The position numbers were made by a program, and so were the translations under genes. Under the pieces are notes generated by a model. It was not told the origin of the DNA. It did no database searches and saw only the letters and a list, made by a program, of their open reading frames with translations. Shown one piece after another: positions 17,729 through 28,689 of a DNA stretch of 64,000 bases (within the stretch, counting starts at the first letter, position 1; each line of letters opens with the position of its first letter). This stretch comes from an uncultured Oscillospiraceae bacterium (GTDB lineage Bacteria; Bacillota; Clostridia; Oscillospirales; Oscillospiraceae), in NCBI GenBank assembly GCA_944386865.1, contig CALXCT010000041.1, positions 3,826 to 67,825 of the forward strand, read 5' to 3'.

Positions 17729-18222
17729 TTGTCTTCCCCGTCCTTTTCCATCATCTCGTCCAGCTCCTCCACCGTGAACATCCGGGAGGCCAGTTCGGTG
17801 TAAAGGTGCCCGTCCAGGTGGGCCAGCTCATGGCAGAAGCAGCGGGCGGTCAGCTCCTCCCCCTCCACTTCAAAAAAGCTGCCATTGCGGTCCTGGGCGC
17901 GGACCTTCACGCGCATGGGACGGGTGACCTCACCGTAATAGCCCGGCACGCTCAGGCAGCCCTCCAGACCGGTCTGCTCCCCCTCCTGGGCGATGATCTC
18001 CGGGTTGACCAGCTCCAGCATCTCGTCCTGCTCGTTCACCACCAGCACCACCCGGCGTAGGATGCCCACCTGGGGCGCGGCGAGGCCCAGGCCCTCCGCC
18101 TGGGTCAGCGTCTCCCGCATATCGTCCAGCAGGTCGTGCAGCTTCTCGTCAAAGCTGGTCACAGGGTGCGCCTTCTTGTTCAGGATGGGGTCGCCCTGGG
18201 TCAAAATCGTTCTCAGTGCCAC
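17725..18222 (-). CDS. def: Peptide deformylase
   Basis: GLAAPQVG, EGCLSVPG and HELAHLDG motifs. GTG start with AGGAGG 8 nt upstream. Confidence 0.93.
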   Translation of the reverse strand: MALRTILTQGDPILNKKAHPVTSFDEKLHDLLDDMRETLTQAEGLGLAAPQVGILRRVVLVVNEQDEMLELVNPEIIAQEGEQTGLEGCLSVPGYYGEVTRPMRVKVRAQDRNGSFFEVEGEELTARCFCHELAHLDGHLYTELASRMFTVEELDEMMEKDGEDK

Positions 18223-18239
18223 TGTCGGTTCCTCCTATC

Positions 18240-20711
18240 TTAATCCAAGGGATTGCAGTCGGCAAAGACCGAGATCCCTCTCATTCGCTTGTCCTCATGG
18301 GCCGCGCGGAGCAGGCCGGAGATCAGGCTCCGCAGGGGCTTTGTGTTCCTGCCGCACAGGGTCAGGTGATAGCGGTAGCGCTGGTTCACTCTGGGCACCC
18401 GGTCCGGTGCAGGGCCCAGCACCCGCAGCCCCTCAGGCGCCTGTCCGGCCTTCGCCGCCGCCTCAAGGGAGCTTCTCAGGATCATGCAGCCCTGCAGCAC
18501 CCGCTCCTCGTCCGTCCCGGTGACTGAGAGGACGAACAGGTCGCAGAAGGGCGGAAAGCCTCTCAGCTCCCGCAGGGCGATCTCCTGCTCATAGAAGCTG
18601 TCGTAGTCCTGCCGGGCGGCGAAGCGGAGCACTTCGTGGTCGGGGGTGCAGGTCTGGATCACCGCGCGGCCCGACCGGTTTCCCCGCCCAGCCCGGCCCA
18701 CCACCTGGGTCAGCAGGGAGAAGGTGCGCTCACTGGCCCGGAAATCGTCCACGTAGAGTGCAAGGTCCGCGTCCACCACGCCCACCAGAGTTACATTCTC
18801 AAAGTCCAGCCCCTTGGCCACCATCTGTGTCCCCACCAGGATGGGGACCTTTTTGTCCCGGAACCTGGCGAGCAGCTTCTCGTGGGGCTGGGTGGCGGAG
18901 ACGGTGTCGGTGTCCATGCGCATGATCTCTGTGCCGGGAAAGAGGTCCTGCAGCTCGCTTTGCAGCTTCTGCGTCCCCGTCCCCAGCAGGCGGAAGCGGC
19001 CGCCGCACTGGGGGCAGAAGGGCTCATAGGGCTGGGAATGGCCGCAGTGGTGACACATCAGCCGCTGGTTGGCCGAGTGGTAGGTCAGATGCACCTCGCA
19101 CCGGGGGCACTCCGGCACATAGCCGCACTCCCCGCAGGAGACCAGCCGGCTGGCCCCTCGCCGGTTGAGAAACAGGATGGACTGCTCGCCCAAATCGAGG
19201 TTGTGCTCCAGCTCACGGCGCAGCGCCGCGCTGACGCTGCCACTGTTGCCCGCCCGCAGCTCCTGCCGCATGTCCGCCGTGAGCACCCGGGGCAGCGCCC
19301 GGTCCTTGTAGCGCTTATGCAGCGTCTGCAGGTGATACACGCCCTTGCGGGCCAGATACATGCTCTCCAGACTGGGAGTGGCGGAGCCCAGCACCAGCAG
19401 CGCGCCGTGCTGGACGCAGCGGTATTTCGCCACCTCTCTGGCGTGGTAGCGCGGGGTGTTCTCCGACTTATAGGAGGGCTCCTGCTCCTCGTCCAGGATG
19501 ATGAGGCCCAGGTCCCGCACCGGGGCAAACACCGCAGACCGCGTCCCGATGACCACCCTGGCCCTTCCCTGCCGGACCCGCTTCCACTCGTCGTACCGCT
19601 CTCCGCTGCGCAGCGCGCTGTGGAGCACCGCGATCTCGTCGCCGAAATGGGCGCTGAGGCTGTCCAGCAGCTGAGGAGTCAATACGATCTCCGGCACCAG
19701 CAGGATGGCCCCCCGCCCCTGCTCCAGCACGCGGCGGATCAGGCGGATATAGACCTGGGTCTTGCCGCTTCCTGTGACGCCGTACAGCAGCGACACGGCG
19801 GGCTCCCGCCGCGCGGCCAGCTGTCCCAGAGCCTGAAAGGCCTTCTGCTGCTCCTCATTGAGGGACACGGAGGGCGGCTCCCCCGCCGGAGCGCGGCACG
19901 GGGTGCGGAACACGGGCTGCTTCTCCAGCGTGAGCACCCCACTTTTGGACAGAGACCGTACCGTGGCAGTGGAAGCGCCGGTGAAGTAGCACAGCTCCTT
20001 CACCGAGGCGGAGCCCACCGTGCACAGAAGCTCGGTGACGGCATAGCGCAGCGGCGCGGACTTGCGCCGGGGGGCCACCAGGGCCATGGCCTCCTCCGCG
20101 GGCATGGCCAACGTCGCGATCTGCTCCGTCTTGTCGCCCACCCCCCGCATGGCGCTGGTCTCAAGGACAAGCGTCCCGCTGTCCACCAGCTGCCGGAGCG
20201 CGGCGCCGGGACTCTTCGTGCCGAACGCCATCCGGATCTGCTCCAGGTCCGCCGCGCCGTCATTGGCAAAGACCACCGTGAGGACCTTTTGGGCCGCCTC
20301 CGATCTTCCGGCGGCGGCATAGGCGCTCTCCCGGTCCACCCCATCTGCGAGGCGGTAGAGGTCCCGGAGAGAAAAATACAGGCCGGAGGGCAGCATGGCC
20401 TTCACCGCGTCGTACACGGTGCAGAAGCAGCGCTCTCGCAGCCAGAGGGCCAGCTTCAGCCCGTGCTCATCCAGCACCGGCTCCTCATCCAGAACAGCCA
20501 GCACCGGCTTGAGTGCGGCCTCGGCCGTGGACGGTGCCAGGGCGATGACCATGCCGTCGGTGCGCCGGTTGCCCCGGCCGAAGGGGACGATCACCCGCAT
20601 GCCGGGGCGGAGCGTCCCCTCCAGTTCAGGCGGGATCAGATAGTCGTAGGGCCTGTCGATGGCGTAAAGCACACCGGACAGCGCTACACGCGCCACGGCA
20701 GACTGCGACAT
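18240..20711 (-). CDS. priA: Primosomal protein N' (replication restart helicase)
   Basis: GVTGSGKTQVY Walker A, DEEQE, and the Cys4 zinc region CGECGYVPECPRC...CHHCG...CPQCG. ATG at 20711 with GGGGGGAGAAAG upstream. Confidence 0.92.
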   Translation of the reverse strand: MSQSAVARVALSGVLYAIDRPYDYLIPPELEGTLRPGMRVIVPFGRGNRRTDGMVIALAPSTAEAALKPVLAVLDEEPVLDEHGLKLALWLRERCFCTVYDAVKAMLPSGLYFSLRDLYRLADGVDRESAYAAAGRSEAAQKVLTVVFANDGAADLEQIRMAFGTKSPGAALRQLVDSGTLVLETSAMRGVGDKTEQIATLAMPAEEAMALVAPRRKSAPLRYAVTELLCTVGSASVKELCYFTGASTATVRSLSKSGVLTLEKQPVFRTPCRAPAGEPPSVSLNEEQQKAFQALGQLAARREPAVSLLYGVTGSGKTQVYIRLIRRVLEQGRGAILLVPEIVLTPQLLDSLSAHFGDEIAVLHSALRSGERYDEWKRVRQGRARVVIGTRSAVFAPVRDLGLIILDEEQEPSYKSENTPRYHAREVAKYRCVQHGALLVLGSATPSLESMYLARKGVYHLQTLHKRYKDRALPRVLTADMRQELRAGNSGSVSAALRRELEHNLDLGEQSILFLNRRGASRLVSCGECGYVPECPRCEVHLTYHSANQRLMCHHCGHSQPYEPFCPQCGGRFRLLGTGTQKLQSELQDLFPGTEIMRMDTDTVSATQPHEKLLARFRDKKVPILVGTQMVAKGLDFENVTLVGVVDADLALYVDDFRASERTFSLLTQVVGRAGRGNRSGRAVIQTCTPDHEVLRFAARQDYDSFYEQEIALRELRGFPPFCDLFVLSVTGTDEERVLQGCMILRSSLEAAAKAGQAPEGLRVLGPAPDRVPRVNQRYRYHLTLCGRNTKPLRSLISGLLRAAHEDKRMRGISVFADCNPLD

Positions 20712-20733
20712 CTTTCTCCCCCCTTTCACCCTG

Positions 20734-20773
20734 AAAAGGCAAGCGGCGGCCGAAGACGGCCCGCTTGCCTTTT
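20734..20773 (-). terminator. Hairpin terminator/attenuator between rpoZ and priA
   Basis: A 13-bp stem, AAAAGGCAAGCGG (20734..46) paired with CCGCTTGCCTTTT (20761..73). A T-run follows on the minus-strand reading. Confidence 0.55.
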
Positions 20774-20778
20774 CCTGA

Positions 20779-20970
20779 TTACAGCTGACTGGTCAGTTTT
20801 CCCTCCGCCACCTCGCGGATGGCGAGGGTGACGGGCTTGTCATCCAGAGGGAGGCCGGACTCCTCCGCCTCGCTGGCGATCTGGCGGGCGCGGTGAGCCA
20901 CCACATTCACCAGCTCATAGCGGCTGGGCACGTTCTTCAGCAGGTCCTTCATGGGAGGTTCGAGCATCAT
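20779..20970 (-). CDS. rpoZ: DNA-directed RNA polymerase subunit omega
   Basis: The 63-aa product contains SRYELVNVVAHRARQI and lies directly after gmk, as in other Firmicutes. Confidence 0.85.
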   Translation of the reverse strand: MMLEPPMKDLLKNVPSRYELVNVVAHRARQIASEAEESGLPLDDKPVTLAIREVAEGKLTSQL

Positions 20971-21590
20971 AGGGCATTATCTCCTTCGATCAAATTGATT
21001 CTGTTCTTGGTGCGGCAGTCCTCGGCGGTGAGGATGGACAGGATCTCCCCCGCTGCCACCGAGACTTTGTCATTGACGACGATATAGTCATATTCGCCGA
21101 TGTGGGCGTATTCCTCCCTGGCCTTGGCCAGGCGCCTGGCGATGACCTCCTCGCTGTCCGTGTGCCGGCCATGCAGCCGGCGGGAGAGCTCCTCGAAGCT
21201 GGGTGGGATGATATAGATGAGCACCGCGTCGGGGCATTTTCTCCGGACCGTGCCGGCACCCTTCACCTCGATATCCAGCAGCACGTCGATCCCGGCCTCC
21301 AGCTTCTCCTGGATGACCTTCAGGGAGGTTCCATAGTAGTGGTTGACGTACTCCGCGTATTCCAACAGTTCGTCCCTGCGGATCATCTCCTCAAAGGTGG
21401 GCCGGTCCACGAAGTTGTAGTTGACACCGTTCTCCTCCCCCACGCGGGGCTCGCGGGTGGTGTAGGAGACGGAGAAGTGGATCTTCTCCCGCAGGCTGAG
21501 CAGCTCGGCGATCACCGTGCTCTTCCCCACCCCGGACGGGCCGGACAGCACGATCAGCTGTCCCTTTCTCTTTCTGCGCCCTGGCATCAT
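20967..21590 (-). CDS. gmk: Guanylate kinase
   Basis: The product reads [14 protein letters not shown]...[13 protein letters not shown]. Confidence 0.93.
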   Translation of the reverse strand: MMPGRRKRKGQLIVLSGPSGVGKSTVIAELLSLREKIHFSVSYTTREPRVGEENGVNYNFVDRPTFEEMIRRDELLEYAEYVNHYYGTSLKVIQEKLEAGIDVLLDIEVKGAGTVRRKCPDAVLIYIIPPSFEELSRRLHGRHTDSEEVIARRLAKAREEYAHIGEYDYIVVNDKVSVAAGEILSILTAEDCRTKNRINLIEGDNAL

Positions 21591-21853
21591 TCGCCCATAT
21601 CTCCTTCCTGGCTGTTCTCCTTGGTGTTCAGACGTCCCGCCACCGTCTCAGGCTGGATGGCGGAGAGGATGATGTGGTCGTTGTCCATCACCAGCACCGC
21701 CCTTGTCCTGCGCCCGTAGGTAGCATCGATGAGCATCCCGCGCTCCCGCGCCTCCTGTACCATGCGCTTGATGGGCGCGGATTCCGGACTGACGATGGCG
21801 ATCAGCCGTCCGGCGGACACCATGTTGCCGAAGCCGATGTTGATCAGTTTCAT
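21587..21853 (-). CDS. remA: RemA/YlzA (DUF370) family regulator
   Basis: The product reads [30 protein letters not shown]...[13 protein letters not shown], nearly invariant in this family. Confidence 0.9.
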   Translation of the reverse strand: MKLINIGFGNMVSAGRLIAIVSPESAPIKRMVQEARERGMLIDATYGRRTRAVLVMDNDHIILSAIQPETVAGRLNTKENSQEGDMGE

Positions 21854-21880
21854 AGCTTTCCCCCTGCACGGTATTTCCGG

Positions 21881-22759
21881 TCACTCGATGTTCTGGACCT
21901 GCTCCCGGATCTTTTCGATCTCCGCCTTGATGTCCACCACATGGCGGGCGATCTCGATATCATTTCCCTTGGAACCGATGGTGTTGGCCTCCCGGTTGAA
22001 CTCCTGAATGAGGAAATCCAGCTTCCGTCCCACCGGTCCGCCCTGACCGAGCATGTGCTCCAGCTGGGACAGGTGGCTGCGCAGCCGCACCGTCTCCTCG
22101 TCCACAGCGATCTTATCGGCAAAGATGGCGGCCTCGGTGAGGATGCGGCCCTCGTCCAGCTGGGTGTTGGCCAGCGTCTCTGCCATTTTGGCGGACAGCC
22201 GCGCCCGGTACTCCGCCACCGTCTGTGGCGAACGGAGCTCCACCAGCCCCACCAGTCGGAGGATCTCCTCCGCCCGGCGGCGGATGTCCTGCTCCAGCTT
22301 GGCGCCCTCCCGCTCCCGCATGGCGTCAAAATCCGCCAGGGCCAGCTCCAGCGCCGAGCGCAGGTCCTCCGCTGCCTGCTCCAGGTCCTCCTCCGGCTTT
22401 TCCACCCGGAACATCTCCGGGAACCGGGCCAGCAGGGACACGGAGATGTCATCCTTCAGCTGGAGCGAATCCCGCAGCTCACACAGTGCCGCATGATACC
22501 CCGCCGCCAGCGAATGGTTGAGGGTAATGGTGCCCTGATCCGCCTGCTGGTTGTCCACGCTGAGATATACGTCCACCTTTCCCCGGGAAATGTGGGCCTG
22601 TACGGCGCTTTTCAGCGATTCCTCCGCAAACAGATAGACCCGGGGCATCTTGACGCTGCAGTCCAGATACCGGTTGTTCACCGACCGCAGCTCCGCCGTG
22701 ATGGTACGGCCATGGAGGGTCAACTCCCCCCGGCCGTATCCGGTCATACTTTTTACCAC
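21881..22759 (-). CDS. yicC: YicC/YloC family stress-induced protein
   Basis: GTG start giving MVKSMTGYGRGE. The C-terminus reads GRKLDFLIQEFNREANTIGSK....I......K.EIEKIREQVQNIE. Confidence 0.88.
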   Translation of the reverse strand: MVKSMTGYGRGELTLHGRTITAELRSVNNRYLDCSVKMPRVYLFAEESLKSAVQAHISRGKVDVYLSVDNQQADQGTITLNHSLAAGYHAALCELRDSLQLKDDISVSLLARFPEMFRVEKPEEDLEQAAEDLRSALELALADFDAMREREGAKLEQDIRRRAEEILRLVGLVELRSPQTVAEYRARLSAKMAETLANTQLDEGRILTEAAIFADKIAVDEETVRLRSHLSQLEHMLGQGGPVGRKLDFLIQEFNREANTIGSKGNDIEIARHVVDIKAEIEKIREQVQNIE

Positions 22760-22797
22760 TGGGCTCCCCCCAACTCTGAAACAAATCTTAACGATTT

Positions 22798-22826
22798 ATC
22801 ATACCACAGTCTGCTCATTTCCGCAA
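22798..22826 (-). promoter_or_regulatory. Putative sigma-A promoter for yicC-remA-gmk-rpoZ
   Basis: On the minus strand: TTGCGG (22826..21), 17 nt, TG-extended TATGAT (22803..22798). It straddles the stop of the upstream membrane-protein gene. Confidence 0.45.
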
Positions 22827-23345
22827 CTGTCTGTCGATCCGCACGCGGTACGCCTCAGCCAGCTTGGCAAGGCCGATATCGTAGATCACGAACACCACGT
22901 TGGCTGCCGGCCAAAAGGCCCAGAGATCCCGCAGCTGCTCCGGCACCGAGCCCATCAGCAGCTCCGCCGTCAGGGTCAGGCAGAGCAGCAGGTCCGCGTT
23001 GAAAAAGGCCAGCTTCAGCAGCCACTCAGCGGCGAGCCGATGCAGCCGCTCGATCCAGCTTTTCACCACAGGGTAGACGCCAAGGAACAGCAGGAACAGC
23101 AGCGCGGTGCCCTTCGCGGGGACAAGAAGCAGGGCCAGCAGCCCCGCAGCCGCCCAGCAGCACAGGCCCAGCCGCCACCCCACCGAGATGACCGCCGCCA
23201 TGGGGAACAGTCCTGCGACAGCCGCAAGGCCGATCTGCCCCGTGGGCGCGAAGGCGGCCGCGTAGAGGAACACCAGGGAAAATGCGGTGAGGATGCCGCC
23301 CAGGGCCACCCGCTTTGCCCCTTTGGAGAAACCGCCCGCCCCCAT
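22815..23345 (-). CDS. Hypothetical polytopic membrane protein (about 5 TM), last gene of the Cys-rich module
   Basis: The 176-aa hydrophobic ORF has no family I recognise. Its ATG lies 1 nt after the TGA of the J-protein gene (TGAGATG). Confidence 0.6.
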   Translation of the reverse strand: MGAGGFSKGAKRVALGGILTAFSLVFLYAAAFAPTGQIGLAAVAGLFPMAAVISVGWRLGLCCWAAAGLLALLLVPAKGTALLFLLFLGVYPVVKSWIERLHRLAAEWLLKLAFFNADLLLCLTLTAELLMGSVPEQLRDLWAFWPAANVVFVIYDIGLAKLAEAYRVRIDRQLRK

Positions 23346-23346
23346 C

Positions 23347-24814
<1,468 letters not shown>

Positions 24815-24820
24815 GGCAAC

Positions 24821-25237
24821 TCACCCCTTGATGGCGGTCACAGTGAACCGGACCGTCCCCTTCCGCTTCTCCCGGCGATTGCAGAGGATGGCCACCAGGA
24901 TCCCCGCCGCAAAGCCGATCACCGCCCCCCCTGTAGAGACGGTCTCCCCCGCGTTCACCGCGGACAGGAGCAGGTACAGGGCGAAAAACAGCACCACGGG
25001 CAGGCCGTATACGATGACCGCGATCTTCATCATGGCTCCCGTGCTGGATTCCACCGTCACCACATCCCCCGGCTTGGCGCCGCAGGGGTCGTCGGCCAGC
25101 ACCACCACCTCGCGCTTCTCCCCCATGGAGCAGCCGCCGCAGGAGGAACAGTCGTGCCCGCAGGCGGACTCCCGCTGGATGGCCAGTTCCACCCGGTGCC
25201 GGGGCAGCACCCGGCGCACGGTCGCATTCTGTGTCAT
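24821..25237 (-). CDS. RseC/MucC (SoxR-reducing system) family protein
   Basis: An N-terminal beta domain with CGHDCSSCGGC, then GAKPGDVVTVE followed by two TM helices. GAGGTGAG RBS. Confidence 0.8.
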   Translation of the reverse strand: MTQNATVRRVLPRHRVELAIQRESACGHDCSSCGGCSMGEKREVVVLADDPCGAKPGDVVTVESSTGAMMKIAVIVYGLPVVLFFALYLLLSAVNAGETVSTGGAVIGFAAGILVAILCNRREKRKGTVRFTVTAIKG

Positions 25238-25258
25238 TGCAAACTCACCTCAGTCCCG

Positions 25259-26497
25259 CTATCTGCTCACCTGGACCACCACGGTATAGGTCCCCACCAC
25301 GCCCACATTGCCCGGCGCGTCCAGGTAAACCTTGGCGGGCACGGTATACCGTCCGGTGGCGGAGACGATGTCGGTCAGGTCGGCCACCACCCGGATCTGG
25401 GAGGGCGCGATCTGATCCAGGCTCTCCCTCGGGCCCCGGATCTGGATGTCGATGGATTGGGTCACTACTGTCGCGCGGTAGCCGTCGCTCACGTTGGTGG
25501 GCTCGATCTCCGTGACCGTCACCGTCCGCATGTCCAGCCCCTCGATGGTCACGGTCACCGTCGCCTTGGTCACGCCGCTGGTGTTGCTCAGCTCGCTGGT
25601 CAGCTCAATGGGCATCTCGAAGGTCTGGGAGGTGAACACCGTGGACAGGTCGATGCTGCCCAGCGAGATCTCCGTGGTGGGATCCACATCCACCGCCTCG
25701 CCGGCGATCAGGATGGTCTCGGGCGAGATCTCCACCTTCACCTGAGTGTTCACATCGGTCACGCCGCCCCCGGGGATCAGCTCCACTGTCAGGGGAACTT
25801 CCTTTACGACCTCCACCGGCAGGGTGACCAGCGCGGTGTCCACATTGGTGCGGATGCGGCTGTCCTCGATGGGCTGGCCCTTGCTGTCCAGCAGGAGGAT
25901 GGGCAGCTCGCCCTCAAAGGTCTCGGTCAGCGTCTCGCCGCCGATCTCCACCACTGCCCTGGCGACCTGGTTGACCGCCGACTCCTCGCCCCGGACGATC
26001 ACCGTCTTGGGCGTGATCTCCAGCTCGCCGGCCTGGTAGCCGTCCGCCACCTCGCCGGCAAAGGTGCCCTCGATCTCGATCTCCTTGCTGTACAGGGGCA
26101 CCACTGTGACAGAGACGGACGTGGTGTCGCTGGTGTGGGACACTCCGGTGCCCGAAGCGTAGAGCGAGGTGGGCATATTGACGGTATAGGTCAGGTCATA
26201 CCCTCCCACGGAAGTAAGCCGTGACACGTCCACCGAGACGGTGACGTTGTTCCGGTTCAGCTTGGGGACCACTGTGCTGGAGCCGTTGAAAGTGATGTTC
26301 AGCGTCTCCGGCTCGATCTGGCTGACCATCAGGCCACGGGCCTCCAGGATGTCCTCATTGATCAGCTGGATCTCGATGTTGCGCACCGTGTTGGTGCTGG
26401 GCAGGTCCTTCTCCGCCCGCACGTAGAGCCAGAAAATGATGGCCAGCAGGATGGACAGGGCCACGTACAGCCCCTTGCTCTCCTTAATCTTTCCCAT
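25259..26497 (-). CDS. cdaR: YbbR-domain protein, CdaA regulator
   Basis: An N-terminal TM (LYVALSILLAIIFWLYV) followed by repeated YbbR-like beta-rich segments. It overlaps the cdaA stop. ATG at 26497 with GGGAG 9 nt upstream. Confidence 0.85.
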   Translation of the reverse strand: MGKIKESKGLYVALSILLAIIFWLYVRAEKDLPSTNTVRNIEIQLINEDILEARGLMVSQIEPETLNITFNGSSTVVPKLNRNNVTVSVDVSRLTSVGGYDLTYTVNMPTSLYASGTGVSHTSDTTSVSVTVVPLYSKEIEIEGTFAGEVADGYQAGELEITPKTVIVRGEESAVNQVARAVVEIGGETLTETFEGELPILLLDSKGQPIEDSRIRTNVDTALVTLPVEVVKEVPLTVELIPGGGVTDVNTQVKVEISPETILIAGEAVDVDPTTEISLGSIDLSTVFTSQTFEMPIELTSELSNTSGVTKATVTVTIEGLDMRTVTVTEIEPTNVSDGYRATVVTQSIDIQIRGPRESLDQIAPSQIRVVADLTDIVSATGRYTVPAKVYLDAPGNVGVVGTYTVVVQVSR

Positions 26498-27368
26498 CGC
26501 CGTCATCTCCCTTCCTGGGACGGAAAATGCCTGTGAGCAGATTCTTCGCGCCGGTGGTGACCGGCACCTCCTCCTTGGGAGACAGCTCGTTGCGCAGAAG
26601 GCGCTCCAGCGTCTCCGGCGCAAGATGCCGCTTCAGCATCCCGTCCACCGCCACCGAGATAGAGCCGGTCTCCTCCGAGACGATGGCCACCACCGCATCG
26701 GAGTGTTCGCTCATACCGATACCCGCCCGGTGGCGCATCCCAAGATCCCGGCTGAGGTTGGTGTTGCCCGACAAAGGGAGCATACAGCCGGCGCCCACGA
26801 TCCGGCCCTGGCGGACGATGACCGCGCCGTCATGCATGGGAGCCTTGTTCCAGAAGATGTTCTTCAGCAGCTCAGAGGATACCGCGCAGTCCAGTGCTGT
26901 TCCGGTCTTGATCTGTTCGTCCAGCAGGTTCTTCCGCTCAAACACCATCAGCGCCCCCACACGGTCCTTGGACAGCGAGGTGTAGGCGATCACCGTCTGG
27001 GTGATGGCGTTCTCCAGCTCCTCAGGCTTGTCCTCATGGGCAAACACCTTGCCCAGCCGGCTGTTTCCCATCCGCTCCAGGAAGCGGCGCAGCTCCGGCT
27101 GGAACAGGATGGCCAGCGCCAGGAAACCGTATTCCACCGTGTAAGTCAGGATGAAGTCCACGGCGTACAGGCGAAGCAGCTTTGCAAGGCCCAGGGCCAC
27201 CACCACAAGGATGACGCCTTTGACCACGTTGCCCGAACTGGTCCGGCGGAGCATCATCATCAGCTTGTAGATGAAAAAGGCGATGATGGCGATGTCCAGC
27301 ACGGCGCTGATCTCCAGCGTTCTGATGTTGTTGACCAGCCAGAGAAGCGCGGTATTCACCACTTCCAT
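26484..27368 (-). CDS. cdaA: Diadenylate cyclase (c-di-AMP synthase)
   Basis: Three N-terminal TM helices, then a DAC domain with PMHDGAVIV...GMRHRAGIGMSE.SDA..IVVSEETG.IS. Confidence 0.93.
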   Translation of the reverse strand: MEVVNTALLWLVNNIRTLEISAVLDIAIIAFFIYKLMMMLRRTSSGNVVKGVILVVVALGLAKLLRLYAVDFILTYTVEYGFLALAILFQPELRRFLERMGNSRLGKVFAHEDKPEELENAITQTVIAYTSLSKDRVGALMVFERKNLLDEQIKTGTALDCAVSSELLKNIFWNKAPMHDGAVIVRQGRIVGAGCMLPLSGNTNLSRDLGMRHRAGIGMSEHSDAVVAIVSEETGSISVAVDGMLKRHLAPETLERLLRNELSPKEEVPVTTGAKNLLTGIFRPRKGDDGDGKD

Positions 27369-27436
27369 CCCCGTGTCCCCCCTTGTGCCCTCTCCCCGCC
27401 GCCCAAGAGCGGGAAAAGCGCATATTCAATCAATTT

Positions 27437-27465
27437 ATTATACTGTACATTGCGGTGCTGCGCAA
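27437..27465 (-). promoter_or_regulatory. Putative sigma-A promoter for cdaA
   Basis: On the minus strand: TTGCGC (27465..60), 17 nt, TATAAT (27442..37). Confidence 0.5.
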
Positions 27466-27520
27466 GGAAGAACGGTTAATTTTTCGTTAATATTTTCCCT
27501 TGATTTCCCTTGGATATTTG

Positions 27521-27560
27521 AAAAAAACCAGGGAGCGGACAGCTTTTTGCCGCCGCTCCC
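27521..27560 (-). terminator. Intrinsic terminator after the cysteine desulfurase gene
   Basis: On the minus strand, GGGAGCGG...CCGCTCCC is followed by TGGTTTTTTT. Confidence 0.7.
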
Positions 27561-27564
27561 CGGG

Positions 27565-28689
27565 TCACATCCGGGCCGCAAGGATCTCTATGGCCCGGTC
27601 CGCCTCCCGTGTGGTATTGAAGGCGGAAAAGCTGAAGCGCACCGTCCCCTCCTCCAGGGTGTCCGCGCTGCGGTGGGCCAGCGGCGCGCAGTGCAGCCCC
27701 GCCCGCACGGCCACCCCATACCTGGCCAGCGTCTCCGCCGCCTGCTCACAGTCCGTTCCGGGGATCTGAAGGGAGAGCACACCCGCCTGATCCTTAAGGT
27801 CCCCGGCCGCAAACGCCCGCACCCTGGGGACCGTCTCCAGCCCGCAAAGGAAGTGAGCCAGCAGATCCCGCTCATGGGCCAGGATGCGCTGCGTGCCTGT
27901 TTCCAGCACGAAGCGGATGCCCGCCTCCAGCCCGGCGATCCCGGTGACATTGAGGGTGCCGGCCTCCAGCCTGTCGGGGAGAAAGTCCGGCATCTCCTGC
28001 AGTCTGGAATTGCTCCCCGTCCCGCCGTACAGCAGGGGGCGAGGCCTCTGCGTCCCCGGGCAGAGCAGCAGGCCCGTGCCCTGAGGGCCGTACAGGCCCT
28101 TATGTCCCGGCATGGCGACAAAGGCGGCGCCCCAGCCCGCCGCGTCCACCGGGAGGATGCCGGCAGACTGCGAGGCGTCCACGATGAGGGGCACCCCCCG
28201 CTCCCGGCACAGCCGGGCGATCCCGTCCATGGGGAGCACGTAGCCGAACACGTTGGACACATGGGTGCAGATGACTGCCGCCGGGGCCTCCCGCTCCAGC
28301 TCAGACCGAAGGCCGCGCAAAAATTCCTCCGGCCGGAACAGGCCCCCGGGGACGAACCTCACCTGCGCGCCCAGGGCGTGCAGCGGACGGGTCACCGCAT
28401 TGTGCTCAAAGCCGGAGATCAGCACCTGCTCACCCGGCAGGATCAGGGAGCGGATGGCGATGTTCAGCGCATGGGTAGCGTTGAGGGTGAAGACCACCTG
28501 CTCCGGACTGTCCAGATGAAACAGCTCGGCCGCCGCCGTCCTGCACTGGAAAACAGTCTGGGCGGCATCGGCAGCCGCCCGGTAACCGCCCCGGCCCGGG
28601 CTTGCCATGGTGCGGATGGCGGCCGCCGCCCGGGCGGCCACTTCAGGCGGCTTTTGCAGCGTGGTGGCCGCGCTGTCAAAGTAGATCAC
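27565..28689 (-). CDS. Class V aminotransferase-fold PLP enzyme, cysteine desulfurase-like
   Basis: The product reads MIYFDSAATT...PGHKGLYGPQGTG (PLP lysine)...RAGLHCAPLAH (active-site Cys). Confidence 0.85.
   Translation of the reverse strand: MIYFDSAATTLQKPPEVAARAAAAIRTMASPGRGGYRAAADAAQTVFQCRTAAAELFHLDSPEQVVFTLNATHALNIAIRSLILPGEQVLISGFEHNAVTRPLHALGAQVRFVPGGLFRPEEFLRGLRSELEREAPAAVICTHVSNVFGYVLPMDGIARLCRERGVPLIVDASQSAGILPVDAAGWGAAFVAMPGHKGLYGPQGTGLLLCPGTQRPRPLLYGGTGSNSRLQEMPDFLPDRLEAGTLNVTGIAGLEAGIRFVLETGTQRILAHERDLLAHFLCGLETVPRVRAFAAGDLKDQAGVLSLQIPGTDCEQAAETLARYGVAVRAGLHCAPLAHRSADTLEEGTVRFSFSAFNTTREADRAIEILAARM

Noticed and set aside
18636-20831. 731-aa + strand ORF opposite priA. The same pattern occurs at 24107..26224, 30944..32017, 43314..45407, 44996..46912 and 54735..56753.
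   Set aside because: This is the same GC-driven artefact. Several of these ORFs span multiple well-supported minus-strand genes and their intergenic junctions, which real genes would not do.
24821-24823. In-frame TGA between the RseC-like and DUF5685 ORFs as a selenocysteine codon.
   Set aside because: I could not see an obvious SECIS-like stem-loop immediately downstream, and no sel genes are in the window. Read-through remains only a minor alternative within the ATT-start finding.
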